From contig JACPLW010000010.1 in NCBI GenBank assembly GCA_016186325.1, positions 22,856-86,855 on the forward strand: 64,000 bases of DNA, read 5' to 3'. Below, in pieces: positions 32,898-43,104 of this stretch. How positions within the stretch are numbered: position 1 is the stretch's first letter; each line of letters starts with the position of its first letter. The notes under the pieces were generated by a model. The model saw only the letters and a list, made by a program, of their open reading frames with translations, did not search any database and was not told the origin of the DNA. The position numbers and the translations under genes were made by a program. The stretch is from Parcubacteria group bacterium. Lineage in GTDB: Bacteria > Patescibacteriota > Minisyncoccia > UBA10092.

Positions 32898-33569
32898 CTA
32901 GTAGCTGGGAGGTGTGGCGATCCACCGATCGAAACAGACGGTGCCGGTGGATCGCTGTTCGCACACCTGGGCTACGTAGCCCATACTTGGTGTCGAGCGG
33001 TGGTAGCCGCCGTAACTGTAGCCGCCACCGTTTCCGCTCAACGAGATGTTGAAGTTGAGCTGGGAGAGACTGATGGCTCGCTTGGGAGCCGGCGCCGGCG
33101 CGAAGGGTGCCTGGATCTCTTCCGGCCTGGGGGCCGGCGGAGAAAACATCGGCGGCAGGGTTGCCGCCGGCGCCGCAGGCCGCGGCGCGCAGAAGTAGTC
33201 GTCGGCCTTTGAGCACATCGTTGCCGGCGGCTGAACCGGCGTCGGGACGACCGCGGAAGGAGCCGGCGCACAGCAGCAGCACGTCGCTGCCGTGGTAGGC
33301 GCAGGTGCCGTGGGGACGACTGCCGGCGCCGGCGCAGCTGGCGCAGGCGCTGTCGGCGACACCTTCTTCGGAGCGGCGGCGGGCACCTTCTTCGCGGCCG
33401 GCTTGGCCGCGGGCTGAACCGCCTTCGAAGGCGGCGGCAGAACCACTCGCACGGCCTCGTGCCGCACGATGGCCGGGCCGTAGCCCGACAAGTTGAGCGC
33501 GATTAGAAGGCCGAGCGCGCCGAGCGCCATGAACAGAAAGTTCAGAACCCATCGCTTTGTCATCGTCAT
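32898..33569 (-). CDS. GC-rich foreign gene: Pro/Ala-rich secreted or membrane-anchored protein, inserted antisense between rplC and rplD
   Basis: N-terminal TM/signal MTMTKRWVLNFLFMALGALGLLIALN, then PAAKPAAKKVPAAAPKKVSPTAPAPAAP repeats. Its base composition is strikingly GC-rich against the AT-rich flanks. Own SD ggaggg and a minus-strand terminator at 32825-32865. The likely start is the second ATG at about 33563. Confidence 0.5.
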   Translation of the reverse strand: MTMTKRWVLNFLFMALGALGLLIALNLSGYGPAIVRHEAVRVVLPPPSKAVQPAAKPAAKKVPAAAPKKVSPTAPAPAAPAPAVVPTAPAPTTAATCCCCAPAPSAVVPTPVQPPATMCSKADDYFCAPRPAAPAATLPPMFSPPAPRPEEIQAPFAPAPAPKRAISLSQLNFNISLSGNGGGYSYGGYHRSTPSMGYVAQVCEQRSTGTVCFDRWIATPPSY

Positions 33570-33712
33570 CCCTCCTTAGGGATTTCGGATGTTACGGTTT
33601 AGAACGTTTTTTATTGACCACTTCGACTCAGCTCAGGGTCAATCCTGAGCTTGTTGAACGGATTGACAAACAACTTACTTTTGTACTAACATTGTATCAT
33701 ATTTTTTAAGTT

Positions 33713-34348
33713 ATGTCAAGGGTTAAAGTCTATAATCAAGAAGGAAAAGAAATAGCCGAAATAAAGCTTAATGAAGCCATTTTTGGGTTGCATTGGAACG
33801 CCGACTTGGTTCACCAAGCGGTAAGAGTTGCAATGGCTAATAAAAGGCAGGTTGTGGCCTCAACTAAGGATAGGAGCGAAGTTAGGGGCGGCGGACGCAA
33901 GCCATGGAGGCAAAAAGGCACCGGTCGGGCTCGTCACGGTTCAACTCGTTCCCCTTTATGGAAGGGCGGTGGCATTACTTTCGGACCGACAATCGAAAGA
34001 AACTTCAAATTAAAAATTAACAAGAAAATGGCGCGTAAAGCGTTTTTAACAGCCCTTTCGGCCAAAGCAAGAGACAATGAGATTTTGATTTTTGATGATT
34101 TGAAAATTCTATCGTTAAAGACGAAAGAAATGGCAAAGATTATGGCTAATTTCCCGCAAATAAAAAAAGGACTTTTGGTCTTATTTGAGAAAAACGATAT
34201 GCTTAAAAATGCCAGCCGCAATTTATTAAAACTTGAAGTCGTTAATATAGATAATCTTAATATTTTTAATGTTTTAAAGCATCGGCATCTTATTTTTACA
34301 AAGCCCGCCATTGAGTATTTAAATAAAAAATATGACGCTCCTAAATAA
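33713..34348 (+). CDS. rplD: 50S ribosomal protein L4
   Basis: Position in the operon and the L4-like sequence. Confidence 0.85.
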   Translation: MSRVKVYNQEGKEIAEIKLNEAIFGLHWNADLVHQAVRVAMANKRQVVASTKDRSEVRGGGRKPWRQKGTGRARHGSTRSPLWKGGGITFGPTIERNFKLKINKKMARKAFLTALSAKARDNEILIFDDLKILSLKTKEMAKIMANFPQIKKGLLVLFEKNDMLKNASRNLLKLEVVNIDNLNIFNVLKHRHLIFTKPAIEYLNKKYDAPK

Positions 34349-34730
34349 ATTATTCAAAACTAAAGACAAGGTAAAACCCTCCGTCGCCTCGGCGCCTGTT
34401 TCAGCCGTTCAACTTCCTGCTAAGGTTGACCCCGCCCTTAAGCTTAAGGGCGGGGTTGATGTAAAATCTAAGATTCTATTGCCCCATACTACGGAGAAAG
34501 CTCTAAACGGACAGAAATTTAACCAATACGTTTTTAAAGTTTCAACTGCCGCCAATAAAATTATGATTGCTAATGAAGTTAAAAGAACCTATAACGCCAA
34601 TGTTGCCGGAGTGAATATTATTAATGTCTTAAGAAAAGCCAGGCGAGTAGGAAAAACAGTCGGCTTTAAAAAGGGTTACAAAAAAGCTATTGTCACTTTA
34701 GCGAAAGGACAGACAATAGAACTAAAATAA
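34332..34730 (+). CDS. rplW: 50S ribosomal protein L23 (with N-terminal extension)
   Basis: The C-terminal half is L23-like and sits between rplD and rplB. Confidence 0.8.
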   Translation: MTLLNKLFKTKDKVKPSVASAPVSAVQLPAKVDPALKLKGGVDVKSKILLPHTTEKALNGQKFNQYVFKVSTAANKIMIANEVKRTYNANVAGVNIINVLRKARRVGKTVGFKKGYKKAIVTLAKGQTIELK

Positions 34731-34731
34731 A

Positions 34732-35562
34732 ATGGGAATAAAAATTTACAAACCAACATCAGAAGGAAAGCGCGGCATGACCGGCGTTGATTTTTCCGTT
34801 TTAACGGAAACTGAACCGGAAAAAAGTTTAACTTTGGGGAAATCAAAAACTTCGGCTCGCAACAATCGCGGACGAATTACCGTGCGGCATCAGGGCGGCG
34901 GGCACAAAAAACTTTACCGTATGCTGGATTTTAAACAGGATAAGTATAATATTCCGGCTCGGGTTGCTTCAATTGAATACGACCCTTATCGTACGGCCTT
35001 TATCTCTCTTGTCATTTACAAAGACGGTGAAAAAAGGTATATTTTAGCGCCGCGGGATATTAATGTTAACGATACGATTATTACCTCGGAAAACGCTCCT
35101 CTTAAAATTGGCAATCGCTTAATGCTTAAAAATATTCCGGTCGGCATTTTTGTTCATAATGCAGAGCTTTTTCCCGGCAAAGGAGGCCAAATCGGCCGAT
35201 CAGCCGGAAATGCAATTCAGGTAATGGCGCAGGAGGGCGATTATACTCACTTGCTTTTGCCTTCTACGGAAATAAGAAGAGTTCCTAACACCGGGTATGC
35301 CTCAATCGGCGCGCTTTCAAACAGCGAGTGGAACACAATCACAATTGGCAAGGCCGGCCGTTCCCGCTGGCTTGGCGTTAGGCCGACGGTAAGAGCTTCG
35401 GCGATGAATCCTCGCGACCATAAATACGGCGGAGGCGAAGGGCGTGCTTTAAGGGGCACGAAACGGCCAAAAACGAAATGGGGCAAGATTACCGGCGGAA
35501 GGAAAACCAGAAAGAAAAACAGGCAGTCAAATAAATTTATTGTAAGTAAAAGGAAAAGATAA
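34732..35562 (+). CDS. rplB: 50S ribosomal protein L2
   Basis: [19 protein letters not shown]...GGGEGR. Confidence 0.9.
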   Translation: MGIKIYKPTSEGKRGMTGVDFSVLTETEPEKSLTLGKSKTSARNNRGRITVRHQGGGHKKLYRMLDFKQDKYNIPARVASIEYDPYRTAFISLVIYKDGEKRYILAPRDINVNDTIITSENAPLKIGNRLMLKNIPVGIFVHNAELFPGKGGQIGRSAGNAIQVMAQEGDYTHLLLPSTEIRRVPNTGYASIGALSNSEWNTITIGKAGRSRWLGVRPTVRASAMNPRDHKYGGGEGRALRGTKRPKTKWGKITGGRKTRKKNRQSNKFIVSKRKR

Positions 35563-35564
35563 AT

Positions 35565-35921
35565 ATGAGCAGATCAATTAAAAAAGGTCCCTGGATAGAT
35601 CCTAAATTGCTCAAGAAAATGAGCAAAGTAAGATCCGGTGATAAGACGGTTATTAAAACATGGTCGCGAGATTCCGTAATTTCGCCAGAAATGCTCGGTT
35701 TTACTTTCGGCGTTCATAACGGCAAAGTCCACGTGCCGGTGACTATTATAGAGGAAATGGTTGGCCATCGCTTGGGCGAGTTTTCCTTAACCAGAAAATT
35801 TGTCAGACACGGCGGAAGGGTACAGCGGGAGCTTGAACAAAAAGAAGCGGCCGGCGCCGCCACGGGCGAGCCTCGCCCTGGAGAGCGGGAAGCGGTAAAA
35901 GCGTCCGCAACAGTTAAGTAA
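35565..35921 (+). CDS. rpsS: 30S ribosomal protein S19 with a GC-rich C-terminal extension
   Basis: [18 protein letters not shown]...HNGK. The extra tail is roughly 25 aa. Confidence 0.85.
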   Translation: MSRSIKKGPWIDPKLLKKMSKVRSGDKTVIKTWSRDSVISPEMLGFTFGVHNGKVHVPVTIIEEMVGHRLGEFSLTRKFVRHGGRVQRELEQKEAAGAATGEPRPGEREAVKASATVK

Positions 35922-35929
35922 CAAAATTC

Positions 35930-36484
35930 ATGCAGTATAAATTTCATCTAAATAAACTAAGAATGGCGCCAAGAAAAACTAGATTGATTGCGAATCTTAT
36001 TAAAAGAATGCCGGTAACGCAGGCGGAAGCGCAATTGCAGTTTCAAAAAAGAAGGGCGGCCCTGCCAATTTTAAAATTGCTTAAATCGGGCGTGGCTTCA
36101 GCCGTCCATAATTTTAATTTATCGCCGGAAAATTTGTATGTTTTAAACATTTTTGTTGATGAGGGGCCGATGCTTAAGAGATTTGGGCCAAGAGCATTCG
36201 GCAGAGCTGGCGCCATTCATAAGAAAACTAGTCGAATTACTCTGATTTTGGAAGAAAGAATTATGGCGGGCGCCAAAAAGAGAGCAAAGATTATTAAGGA
36301 AATCAAATCGGAAAAGGAGGCGGTAAAAGAAGTGTCGAAATCTCGACGCTTTGGAAAAGTTGGGGCTCCGACCCGCTCCGCCGAAGCTCCAGCGAGGCGA
36401 GCCGAAGCATCGGAGGAAATTAAGCCGACTCGGAAAACCGAAAGTTTTACTAGGAGAATATTTAGAAGAAAGGTAATCGGATAA
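35930..36484 (+). CDS. rplV: 50S ribosomal protein L22 with a long C-terminal extension containing a palindromic-element-like segment
   Basis: L22 core plus a tail ...SRRFGKVGAPTRSAEAPARRAEASEE, encoded by ggggctccgacccgctccgcc. Confidence 0.8.
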   Translation: MQYKFHLNKLRMAPRKTRLIANLIKRMPVTQAEAQLQFQKRRAALPILKLLKSGVASAVHNFNLSPENLYVLNIFVDEGPMLKRFGPRAFGRAGAIHKKTSRITLILEERIMAGAKKRAKIIKEIKSEKEAVKEVSKSRRFGKVGAPTRSAEAPARRAEASEEIKPTRKTESFTRRIFRRKVIG

Positions 36485-36485
36485 T

Positions 36486-37187
36486 ATGGGAAACAAAATT
36501 CATCCATTAAATTTTAGGCTCGGAATAATCCAAAACTGGCAGTCAAGATGGTTAAATAAAAAATATCTTCGTTACTTTCTTGAAGAAGATCTTAGAATTC
36601 GCGAATCTTTATCAAAACAGTATAACCGATTGGGCCTGGGGATTGTAGAAATAGAAAGATCCGGCGACAACATCTCGGTAATTTTAAATACGGCTAAACC
36701 CGGTATTATTATCGGAAGAGGCGGAACCGGCCTGACAGATTTGAAGAAGAAGCTGGAAGCAATAGTAAAAAAACTACGCGATAAAAAACACTACGGCACG
36801 GGAAAATGGGATCTAAAGCTTTTGGTCAATGAAATAAAAAAACCGGAAAGCGAAGCAAAAGTTGTCGCGCAGAATATAGCCAATGATCTTGAAAGGCGGA
36901 TGCCTTTCCGCCGGGTGATTAAAAGCGCCTTAGAAAAGATGATGGCGCAAAAAGACGTTATGGGAGCAAAAATTCTTTTAAATGGCCGGCTTGATGGAAA
37001 TGAAATGGCGCGCCGTGAATGGCTGGCTAAAGGGAAGGTTCCTCTTCAAACATTAAGGGCAAACATTGACTATGCTTTTGACGAGGCTCTTACCGTTTAC
37101 GGGAAAATCGGCGTTAAAGTCTGGGTTTACAAAGGCGAAGTGTTTTCCACCGAAAGCGGATCCGCCCGTGGCGGAGAAAGACACTAA
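36486..37187 (+). CDS. rpsC: 30S ribosomal protein S3
   Basis: GNKIHPLNFRLGIIQNWQSRW, KH domain. Confidence 0.9.
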   Translation: MGNKIHPLNFRLGIIQNWQSRWLNKKYLRYFLEEDLRIRESLSKQYNRLGLGIVEIERSGDNISVILNTAKPGIIIGRGGTGLTDLKKKLEAIVKKLRDKKHYGTGKWDLKLLVNEIKKPESEAKVVAQNIANDLERRMPFRRVIKSALEKMMAQKDVMGAKILLNGRLDGNEMARREWLAKGKVPLQTLRANIDYAFDEALTVYGKIGVKVWVYKGEVFSTESGSARGGERH

Positions 37188-37193
37188 ACGAAT

Positions 37194-37607
37194 ATGTTTA
37201 CACCAAAAAAAGTAAAACATAGAAAATGGCATAAGGGACGAAGAAGATTTTCCGGCGTTGAAACCCGGGGCACCTTGCTTGCCTTTGGCGGTTATGGCTT
37301 AAAAGCGCAGGGTCGCGCTTGGATAACTGCTCGCCAGATTGAAGCCGCGCGCCGGGCGATGACGCGCTATATTGAGAGGGGCGGCAAAATTTGGATTAGG
37401 ATTTTTCCCGACAAACCGATTACCAGAAAAGGCGCGGAAACGCCGATGGGCGGAGGCAAGGGCGGCGTTGAATATTATGTAGTGCCGATAAAACCGGGAC
37501 GAATTCTTTTTGAAATAGACGGCGTATCGAAAGACTTGGCGCGGGAAGCAATGAAACGGGCGGCTTATAAATTGCCGATTAAAACCAAATTTATCAGCAA
37601 GGAATAA
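37194..37607 (+). CDS. rplP: 50S ribosomal protein L16
   Basis: [16 protein letters not shown]... Confidence 0.9.
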   Translation: MFTPKKVKHRKWHKGRRRFSGVETRGTLLAFGGYGLKAQGRAWITARQIEAARRAMTRYIERGGKIWIRIFPDKPITRKGAETPMGGGKGGVEYYVVPIKPGRILFEIDGVSKDLAREAMKRAAYKLPIKTKFISKE

Positions 37608-37612
37608 AACAT

Positions 37613-37843
37613 ATGGCAAAAATATTTAAAGGAATAATTATTTCTGACAAAATGAACAAGACAGTAGTCGTTAAAGTTAGTGACTACAAGAAACATCCGC
37701 GATACGGTAAGTTCTACAAGTCCGATAAAAAATACAAAGCTCATGATGAGACAGGAGAGTTTCATGTCGGCGATAAGGTTGTCATTAAAGAAACTAGGCC
37801 GATTTCAAAAGATAAGCATTTTGTAGTTTTAAAAAAATTGTAA
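37613..37843 (+). CDS. rpsQ: 30S ribosomal protein S17 (follows L16 directly; no L29 gene)
   Basis: GIIISDKMNKTVVVKVSDYKKHPRYGKFYKSDKKYKAHDE...RPISKDKHFVV. Confidence 0.85.
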   Translation: MAKIFKGIIISDKMNKTVVVKVSDYKKHPRYGKFYKSDKKYKAHDETGEFHVGDKVVIKETRPISKDKHFVVLKKL

Positions 37844-37852
37844 ACGAAGCAC

Positions 37853-38218
37853 ATGATACAACCCAGAACAATTTTAAAAGTAGCAGATAACAGCGGTGCC
37901 AAAACAATCCGGGTTTTTCATGTTGTCGGCGGAACGAGAAGAAGATACGCCCAGTTAGGCGATCTTGTGGTGGCTTCGGTCCAGGTAGCTGAACCGCGAA
38001 AAATGGTGAAGAAAAAGGATGTTGTAAAGGCAGTAATTATAAGGCAGAAAAAGGCTTATAGAAGAAAAGATGGAAGTTACATCCGCTTTGATGATAACGC
38101 CGCAGTTATTGTTGACGGCTTCGAACCAAAGGGCGGACGTATTTTTGGGCCCGTTGCAAGGGAGCTCCGTGAAAGAGGTTATATAAAATTAATTTCTTTA
38201 GCGTCCGAAGTGCTATAA
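37853..38218 (+). CDS. rplN: 50S ribosomal protein L14
   Basis: [17 protein letters not shown]... Confidence 0.9.
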   Translation: MIQPRTILKVADNSGAKTIRVFHVVGGTRRRYAQLGDLVVASVQVAEPRKMVKKKDVVKAVIIRQKKAYRRKDGSYIRFDDNAAVIVDGFEPKGGRIFGPVARELRERGYIKLISLASEVL

Positions 38219-38225
38219 AACACGT

Positions 38226-38534
38226 ATGCGTATAAAAAAAGGCGATAATATAATAGTGATTAGCGGTAAGGATAAGGGAAAGCAGGGGAAAGTAATAAAA
38301 GTCCTATCTAAGGAAGGGAAAATTATTGTTGAGAATGTAAATATGAAGAAAAAACACCAGCGACCTAAAACCGGCGGAAAGAAAGGCGAGAAAATTGAAG
38401 TACCTCGCGCTCTTTCAACTTCTTCCGTAATGCTCTTATGCAAAAGTTGCGGCAAACCAACACGCATTGGTTATAACCTTTCTTCTGACGGAAGAAAAAC
38501 AAGAATTTGTAAAAAGTGCCGTCTTGAAACATGA
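38226..38534 (+). CDS. rplX: 50S ribosomal protein L24 with a C-terminal CxxC...CxxC zinc-ribbon extension
   Basis: KKGDNIIVISGKDKGKQGKV (KOW domain), then CKSCGKPTR...CKKCR. Confidence 0.85.
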   Translation: MRIKKGDNIIVISGKDKGKQGKVIKVLSKEGKIIVENVNMKKKHQRPKTGGKKGEKIEVPRALSTSSVMLLCKSCGKPTRIGYNLSSDGRKTRICKKCRLET

Positions 38535-39064
38535 AACAAACAGAAAATAAAAATAAAATAATTCTGTTTCTGAAAAAAGAACTGAATGCGAAAAATCCTA
38601 TGGCGCTTCCCAGAGTTGAGAAGGTTATTATTAATATTGGCCTAGGCCGAGCGCTAAAAGATGAAAAGTTCCTTGAAGTCGTTATGCGCGACCTCGCTTT
38701 GATTACCGGCCAGAAACCAAAGAGCACCTTGGCCAAAAAATCAATTGCTAACTTTAAAACCAGAAAGGGAATGGTTATCGGCGCCATGGTAACGTTAAGG
38801 GGACCGAAAATGTATGATTTTATGAGCCGCCTGGTTAATATGGCGTTACCGAGGACTCATGATTTTCGAGGCATAAACGCCAAATCTCTTGATACAAAAG
38901 GCAACTTGACAATTGGAGTAAAAGAACATATTGTTTTTCCAGAAATATCCGGAGAAGAGGTGCGCAATATTTTTGGTTTTGAAATAACCATAGCGGTCAA
39001 AGCTAAAAATAAAGAAGAAGCCCTGGCTTTATATAAGGCCATCGGATTTCCGATTAAAACGTAA
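38531..39064 (+). CDS. rplE: 50S ribosomal protein L5
   Basis: Position in the operon and the L5-like sequence. Confidence 0.85.
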   Translation: MKQTENKNKIILFLKKELNAKNPMALPRVEKVIINIGLGRALKDEKFLEVVMRDLALITGQKPKSTLAKKSIANFKTRKGMVIGAMVTLRGPKMYDFMSRLVNMALPRTHDFRGINAKSLDTKGNLTIGVKEHIVFPEISGEEVRNIFGFEITIAVKAKNKEEALALYKAIGFPIKT

Positions 39065-39086
39065 AACATTAGGTTTCAAGAAGCGT

Positions 39087-39272
39087 ATGCCCAAGAAATC
39101 ACAAATAGCCAGAGCAATTAAAAAACCGAAATTCTCGACGCGCATTATTAGGCGATGTTTTAGGTGCGGCAGGCGGCGCGGCTATATGAGGGACTTTGGC
39201 CTTTGCCGGATTTGCTTTAGAGAAACAGCAAGGAAGGGAGAAATTCCCGGACTTAAAAAATCATCATGGTAG
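39087..39272 (+). CDS. rpsN: 30S ribosomal protein S14 type Z (zinc-binding)
   Basis: 61 aa with [20 protein letters not shown]. Confidence 0.85.
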   Translation: MPKKSQIARAIKKPKFSTRIIRRCFRCGRRRGYMRDFGLCRICFRETARKGEIPGLKKSSW

Positions 39273-39646
39273 ATCCAATCGCGGACATGTTAACGAGAAT
39301 AAGAAACGCTCAAAAAGCCGGACATAAAGCGGTTGTTATTCCTTTATCGGGTTTGAAATTTGAAATTGCCAAAATTTTAAAAAAGGAAAATTATGTGGAA
39401 GACTTTAAAAAATCCGGTAAAGGCAACAAGAAAGTTTTAGAAATTAATTTGAAATATCCGGCGGCTATTAGCGAGATAAAAAAAATAAGCAAACCGGGCC
39501 TTCGTATTTACGTTGGAGCAAAAGAAATAAAGAATGTTAAAAATGGTTTTGGCATTTCAATTATTTCCACTTCAAAAGGTTTAATGACAAGTAAAGAAGC
39601 CAGAAATTCTCATTTGGGCGGAGAAATTTTACTGGAAGTTTTATAA
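39266..39646 (+). CDS. rpsH: 30S ribosomal protein S8
   Basis: [18 protein letters not shown]. Confidence 0.9.
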   Translation: MVDPIADMLTRIRNAQKAGHKAVVIPLSGLKFEIAKILKKENYVEDFKKSGKGNKKVLEINLKYPAAISEIKKISKPGLRIYVGAKEIKNVKNGFGISIISTSKGLMTSKEARNSHLGGEILLEVL

Positions 39647-39701
39647 TCCTTCGACACTACTCAGGATTATAGTTCGACTCTGCTCACCATAAAAAAATCA
39701 C

Positions 39702-40247
39702 ATGTCAAAAATAGGAAAAAAAATAATAGAAATTCCAACCGATGTAAGCGTGGTTGTTGAAGGAAAAGTCGTTAAGGCCAAAGGTCGCAAGGGCGAGTTG
39801 GAATTTACTTTACCGCGAGAAATCGAGGCATCTTTAAAAGATAATCAACTTACTATTGTTGTGGCTGTTGATTCCAAAAGAACGCCGGCATTATGGGGAA
39901 CGGCTAGGGCAGTAATTTCTAATATGATTTTCGGGGTTCATAACGGTTTTGAGAAAAAACTTGAGATTGAAGGCGTGGGTTATAAAGCTCAAATGCAGGG
40001 TAAGGATTTGATTTTAAGTTTAGGATTTTCCCACCCTATTGTCTTTAAGGCTCCCGAAGGCGTTACGATAAGCGTTGAGAAAAACAGTATCGTGGTCAGC
40101 GGGCCTTCAATTGAATCGGTCGGACAAACCGCTGCCAACATCCGGGCACTTAAAAAGCCCGAACCGTATAAAGGCAAGGGCATTCGTTATGTTGGCGAGA
40201 TTATAAGGCGCAAGGCCGGAAAGAAAGTTGCCGGCACGACTGCCTAA
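39702..40247 (+). CDS. rplF: 50S ribosomal protein L6
   Basis: SKIGKKIIEIP... Confidence 0.85.
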   Translation: MSKIGKKIIEIPTDVSVVVEGKVVKAKGRKGELEFTLPREIEASLKDNQLTIVVAVDSKRTPALWGTARAVISNMIFGVHNGFEKKLEIEGVGYKAQMQGKDLILSLGFSHPIVFKAPEGVTISVEKNSIVVSGPSIESVGQTAANIRALKKPEPYKGKGIRYVGEIIRRKAGKKVAGTTA

Positions 40248-40269
40248 TTTTAAATTTAGAATTAATCAG

Positions 40270-40623
40270 ATGGCAAAACAAACAAAACAATTAAAAAGAG
40301 AAATAAGGCACAGAAGAGTACGTGCTAGGATTTTCGGTACTAAAGATAGACCTCGCCTTTCCGTTTTTAAGTCTAATAACCATTTCTTTGTTCAACTTGT
40401 AGATGACGACAATGGCAGGACGATTGTTTCCACTTCCGATCATCAGGTTAAAATCAAGTCTAAAAACAAAAAAACAGTTGCTTTTGAGGTGGGTAAAATT
40501 ATTGGAAAAAAGGCCAAAGAAAAAGGAATTAGCAACATTGTTTTTGATCGCGGCGGATATAAGTTCCACGGCGCAATTTTTGAATTAGCTAAAGGCGTAA
40601 GAGAATCGGGATTAATATTTTAA
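40270..40623 (+). CDS. rplR: 50S ribosomal protein L18
   Basis: RHRRVRARIFGTKDRPRLSVFKSNNHFFVQLVDD. Start set at the internal ATG (MAKQTK). Confidence 0.85.
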   Translation: MAKQTKQLKREIRHRRVRARIFGTKDRPRLSVFKSNNHFFVQLVDDDNGRTIVSTSDHQVKIKSKNKKTVAFEVGKIIGKKAKEKGISNIVFDRGGYKFHGAIFELAKGVRESGLIF

Positions 40624-40630
40624 ATAGACT

Positions 40631-41134
40631 ATGGCAGAGAAACAAAAAAATTATAGAACTCGAGACAAAACCACCGGTCGTGCAGGTTTTAAGAGAGAAA
40701 AATCCGAATTTGAACAAAAGGTTATTGATATTAGAAGAGTTACTCGTGTTGTGGCCGGAGGCAAACGGTTTCGCTTTCGGGCAACCGTAGTTTTGGGTGA
40801 TCACAAGGGGCGGGTAGGCGTCGGTGTTGATAAAGGGACCGACACTTCCGAATCTATTGAGAAAGCGGCGAGATCGGCCAAGAAAAATTTAATTACGGTT
40901 TCAATTAAAAATGGCACCATTTCCCATGAAACAATAGGAAGGTTTTCAAGCGCCGTCGTGCTTTTAAAACCGGCCAAAGCCGGAAGAGGTATTATTGCCG
41001 GCGGGCCGGTTAGAATTATCGCGAGTCTTTCGGGGATTAGTAGTATTTCATCAAAGATTCTTGGAACGACTACCAATAAGCTGAATAATGCCAGGGCTAC
41101 AATAGAGGCGTTAAGGAAACTAAAATCAAGATAA
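40631..41134 (+). CDS. rpsE: 30S ribosomal protein S5
   Basis: RVTRVVAGGKRFRFRATVVLGD. Confidence 0.9.
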   Translation: MAEKQKNYRTRDKTTGRAGFKREKSEFEQKVIDIRRVTRVVAGGKRFRFRATVVLGDHKGRVGVGVDKGTDTSESIEKAARSAKKNLITVSIKNGTISHETIGRFSSAVVLLKPAKAGRGIIAGGPVRIIASLSGISSISSKILGTTTNKLNNARATIEALRKLKSR

Positions 41135-41226
41135 ATTTCTAATTTCTAATTTTTAATAAATTTCTAATGACTTAATTTTTAAACATTAAAACATTAAATC
41201 ATTTAATAAAAATTGAAAATTAGAAA

Positions 41227-41682
41227 TTGAAAATTATTATTATGCAACTACACAATATAAAACCAAAAAACAAATTAAAAAAACCCAGAAGAATAGCCAG
41301 AGGAGGCAAAAGAGGCGGTTATTCGGGTCGCGGCATTAAGGGCCAGAAATCCAGAGCCGGTGCCGGAATTAGGCCGGCTATTCGCGATGTAATGATGAGG
41401 TTTCCAAAACAGCGCGGCCGCGCTAAGCACTCCTTTAAGAGTATATTTCTAAAACCGGTCGTTTTAAATCTATTTGACATTGATAAAAAATTTAAAGACG
41501 GAGAAATTGTCAACCCGGTCAGTCTTGTTGGTAAAAAATTAGTTTATAAAATAAGCGGTCGGTTTCCAAAGATTAAGATTTTGGGTACAGGTGAAATTTC
41601 TAAAAGATTAAATTTTCAAGAAGTTTTATTGTCGTCATCGGCGCGTGATAAAGTTAAGAAAGCGGGAGGCACCATAAAATGA
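41227..41682 (+). CDS. rplO: 50S ribosomal protein L15 (follows S5 directly; no L30 gene)
   Basis: L15-like sequence. The S5-L15 intergenic region holds only AT-rich heptamer repeats. Confidence 0.8.
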   Translation: MKIIIMQLHNIKPKNKLKKPRRIARGGKRGGYSGRGIKGQKSRAGAGIRPAIRDVMMRFPKQRGRAKHSFKSIFLKPVVLNLFDIDKKFKDGEIVNPVSLVGKKLVYKISGRFPKIKILGTGEISKRLNFQEVLLSSSARDKVKKAGGTIK

Positions 41683-42950
41683 TAGAAAAAATCGTACAAA
41701 TTTTTAAAATAAAAGATTTAAGAAACCGCATACTTTTTGTTTTATCGCTTCTTGTTGTTTTTCGCCTTATGGCTACTATTCCCGTTCCGGGCGTTGATGT
41801 TTTGCGTTTGAGGGAATTTTTTGAAGGAAATCAGTTTTTCGGATTGCTCAACATCTTTTCCGGCGGCGCTCTATCCAACCTTTCAATTGTGATGCTCGGC
41901 GTTGGTCCCTTTATCACCGCTTCAATTATTATGCAGCTTTTGACTATGCTTATCCCGGCCTTGAAAGAACTATATAATGAAGAAGGAGAAATGGGCCGTC
42001 AAAAATTCAATCAATACACGCGATATTTATCCGTTCCTTTGGCCGTTCTTCAGGGTTATGGCCTTCTGGTTCTCTTAAAGAACCAACAAATTATCGCAAG
42101 CGGAAATTCTCTTATGTTTTTTTCGTCGGTTTTTGTAGTCACGGCCGGTTCAATATTTTTAATGTGGCTTGGCGAACTTATAACCGAAAAAAAAGTCGGA
42201 AACGGCATTTCACTTATGATTTTTGCCGGTATTGTCGCCAGTTTGCCTGTTGATTTAAAGCAGACGTTAGCAACTTTTGATCCTTCACAGGTTCCTACTT
42301 ATCTTGCTTTTATTTTAGTATCAATTGTTGTTATTGCCGGAGTAGTGGTAGTTACCGAAGGGGAAAGGCCGATTCCGGTGGCTTATGCCAAGAGAGTGCG
42401 CGGTAACAGAGTTTATGGCGGCTCTATGGCGCATTTGCCTTTGAGGGTAAATCAAGCCGGCGTTATTCCCATTATTTTTGCCCTTTCAATTTTACTTTTC
42501 CCACAGCTAATTGCCCAGATCTTATCGGGTTTTAATATTGCTTGGATAAGAGAGCTATCTCTTCTTCTTGTTGGTTTTCTTAATAACCAGGCGGTTTACG
42601 GTTCATTTTATTTTATTTTGGTAATTTTGTTCACTTATTTTTATACTGCCGTTACTTTTGATCCCGGCCAGATTTCTCAAAATCTTCAAAAACAAGGCGG
42701 ATTTATTCCTGGAATAAGGCCGGGCGGTTCTACTGCCGGATATTTAAAACATATCTTAAATCGGGTAGTTTTAATTGGCGCCATCTTTTTAGGAGTTATC
42801 GCGGTCTTGCCTATTTCGGTCCAATATTTTACCGGCATAACGACTTTAACGGTCGGCGGCACTTCGCTTTTAATTGTTGTTTCGGTGGTTCTTGAAACAA
42901 TGAAGCAGGTTAGGTCGCAGCTTGTAATGAGAGAATATGAAAGTTTTTAA
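41679..42950 (+). CDS. secY: Preprotein translocase subunit SecY
   Basis: 10-TM protein of 423 aa in the canonical position after L15. Confidence 0.9.
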   Translation: MIEKIVQIFKIKDLRNRILFVLSLLVVFRLMATIPVPGVDVLRLREFFEGNQFFGLLNIFSGGALSNLSIVMLGVGPFITASIIMQLLTMLIPALKELYNEEGEMGRQKFNQYTRYLSVPLAVLQGYGLLVLLKNQQIIASGNSLMFFSSVFVVTAGSIFLMWLGELITEKKVGNGISLMIFAGIVASLPVDLKQTLATFDPSQVPTYLAFILVSIVVIAGVVVVTEGERPIPVAYAKRVRGNRVYGGSMAHLPLRVNQAGVIPIIFALSILLFPQLIAQILSGFNIAWIRELSLLLVGFLNNQAVYGSFYFILVILFTYFYTAVTFDPGQISQNLQKQGGFIPGIRPGGSTAGYLKHILNRVVLIGAIFLGVIAVLPISVQYFTGITTLTVGGTSLLIVVSVVLETMKQVRSQLVMREYESF

Positions 42951-43097
42951 TAATGATTTTATATTTTATTCTCTTGCTTTCCTCGTCCCGCCCCAGCGAG
43001 CGGGACTCGGGGATTCGCGCTCGCTCGTCCCGCCAAGGCGGGACACCATGCCCGCTTCGCGCTCATAACCCGCTCGAGAATAAAATATAAAATCATT
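42951..43097. repeat. MITE-like structured element, family A copy 2. It exactly fills the secY-adk intergenic gap
   Basis: Terminal inverted repeats taatgattttatattttattctc and gagaataaaatataaaatcatta. Internal hairpins gtcccgccccagcgagcgggac and gtcccgccaaggcgggac. Confidence 0.6.
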
Positions 43098-43104
43098 ATC
43101 TGTA

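Noticed and set aside
32800-33552. Alternative-frame ORFs in the GC-rich insert (32800-33552 -, 32825-33052 +, 33000-33298 +, 33038-33271 -)
   Set aside because: High GC produces long open frames in all phases. Only the frame with a signal peptide, SD and terminator (32898-33569 -) is plausible.
32790-33610. GC-rich island considered as simple contamination
   Set aside because: Both flanks continue the same ribosomal operon without an obvious break. It cannot be excluded without reads, so it is kept as a finding with that caveat.
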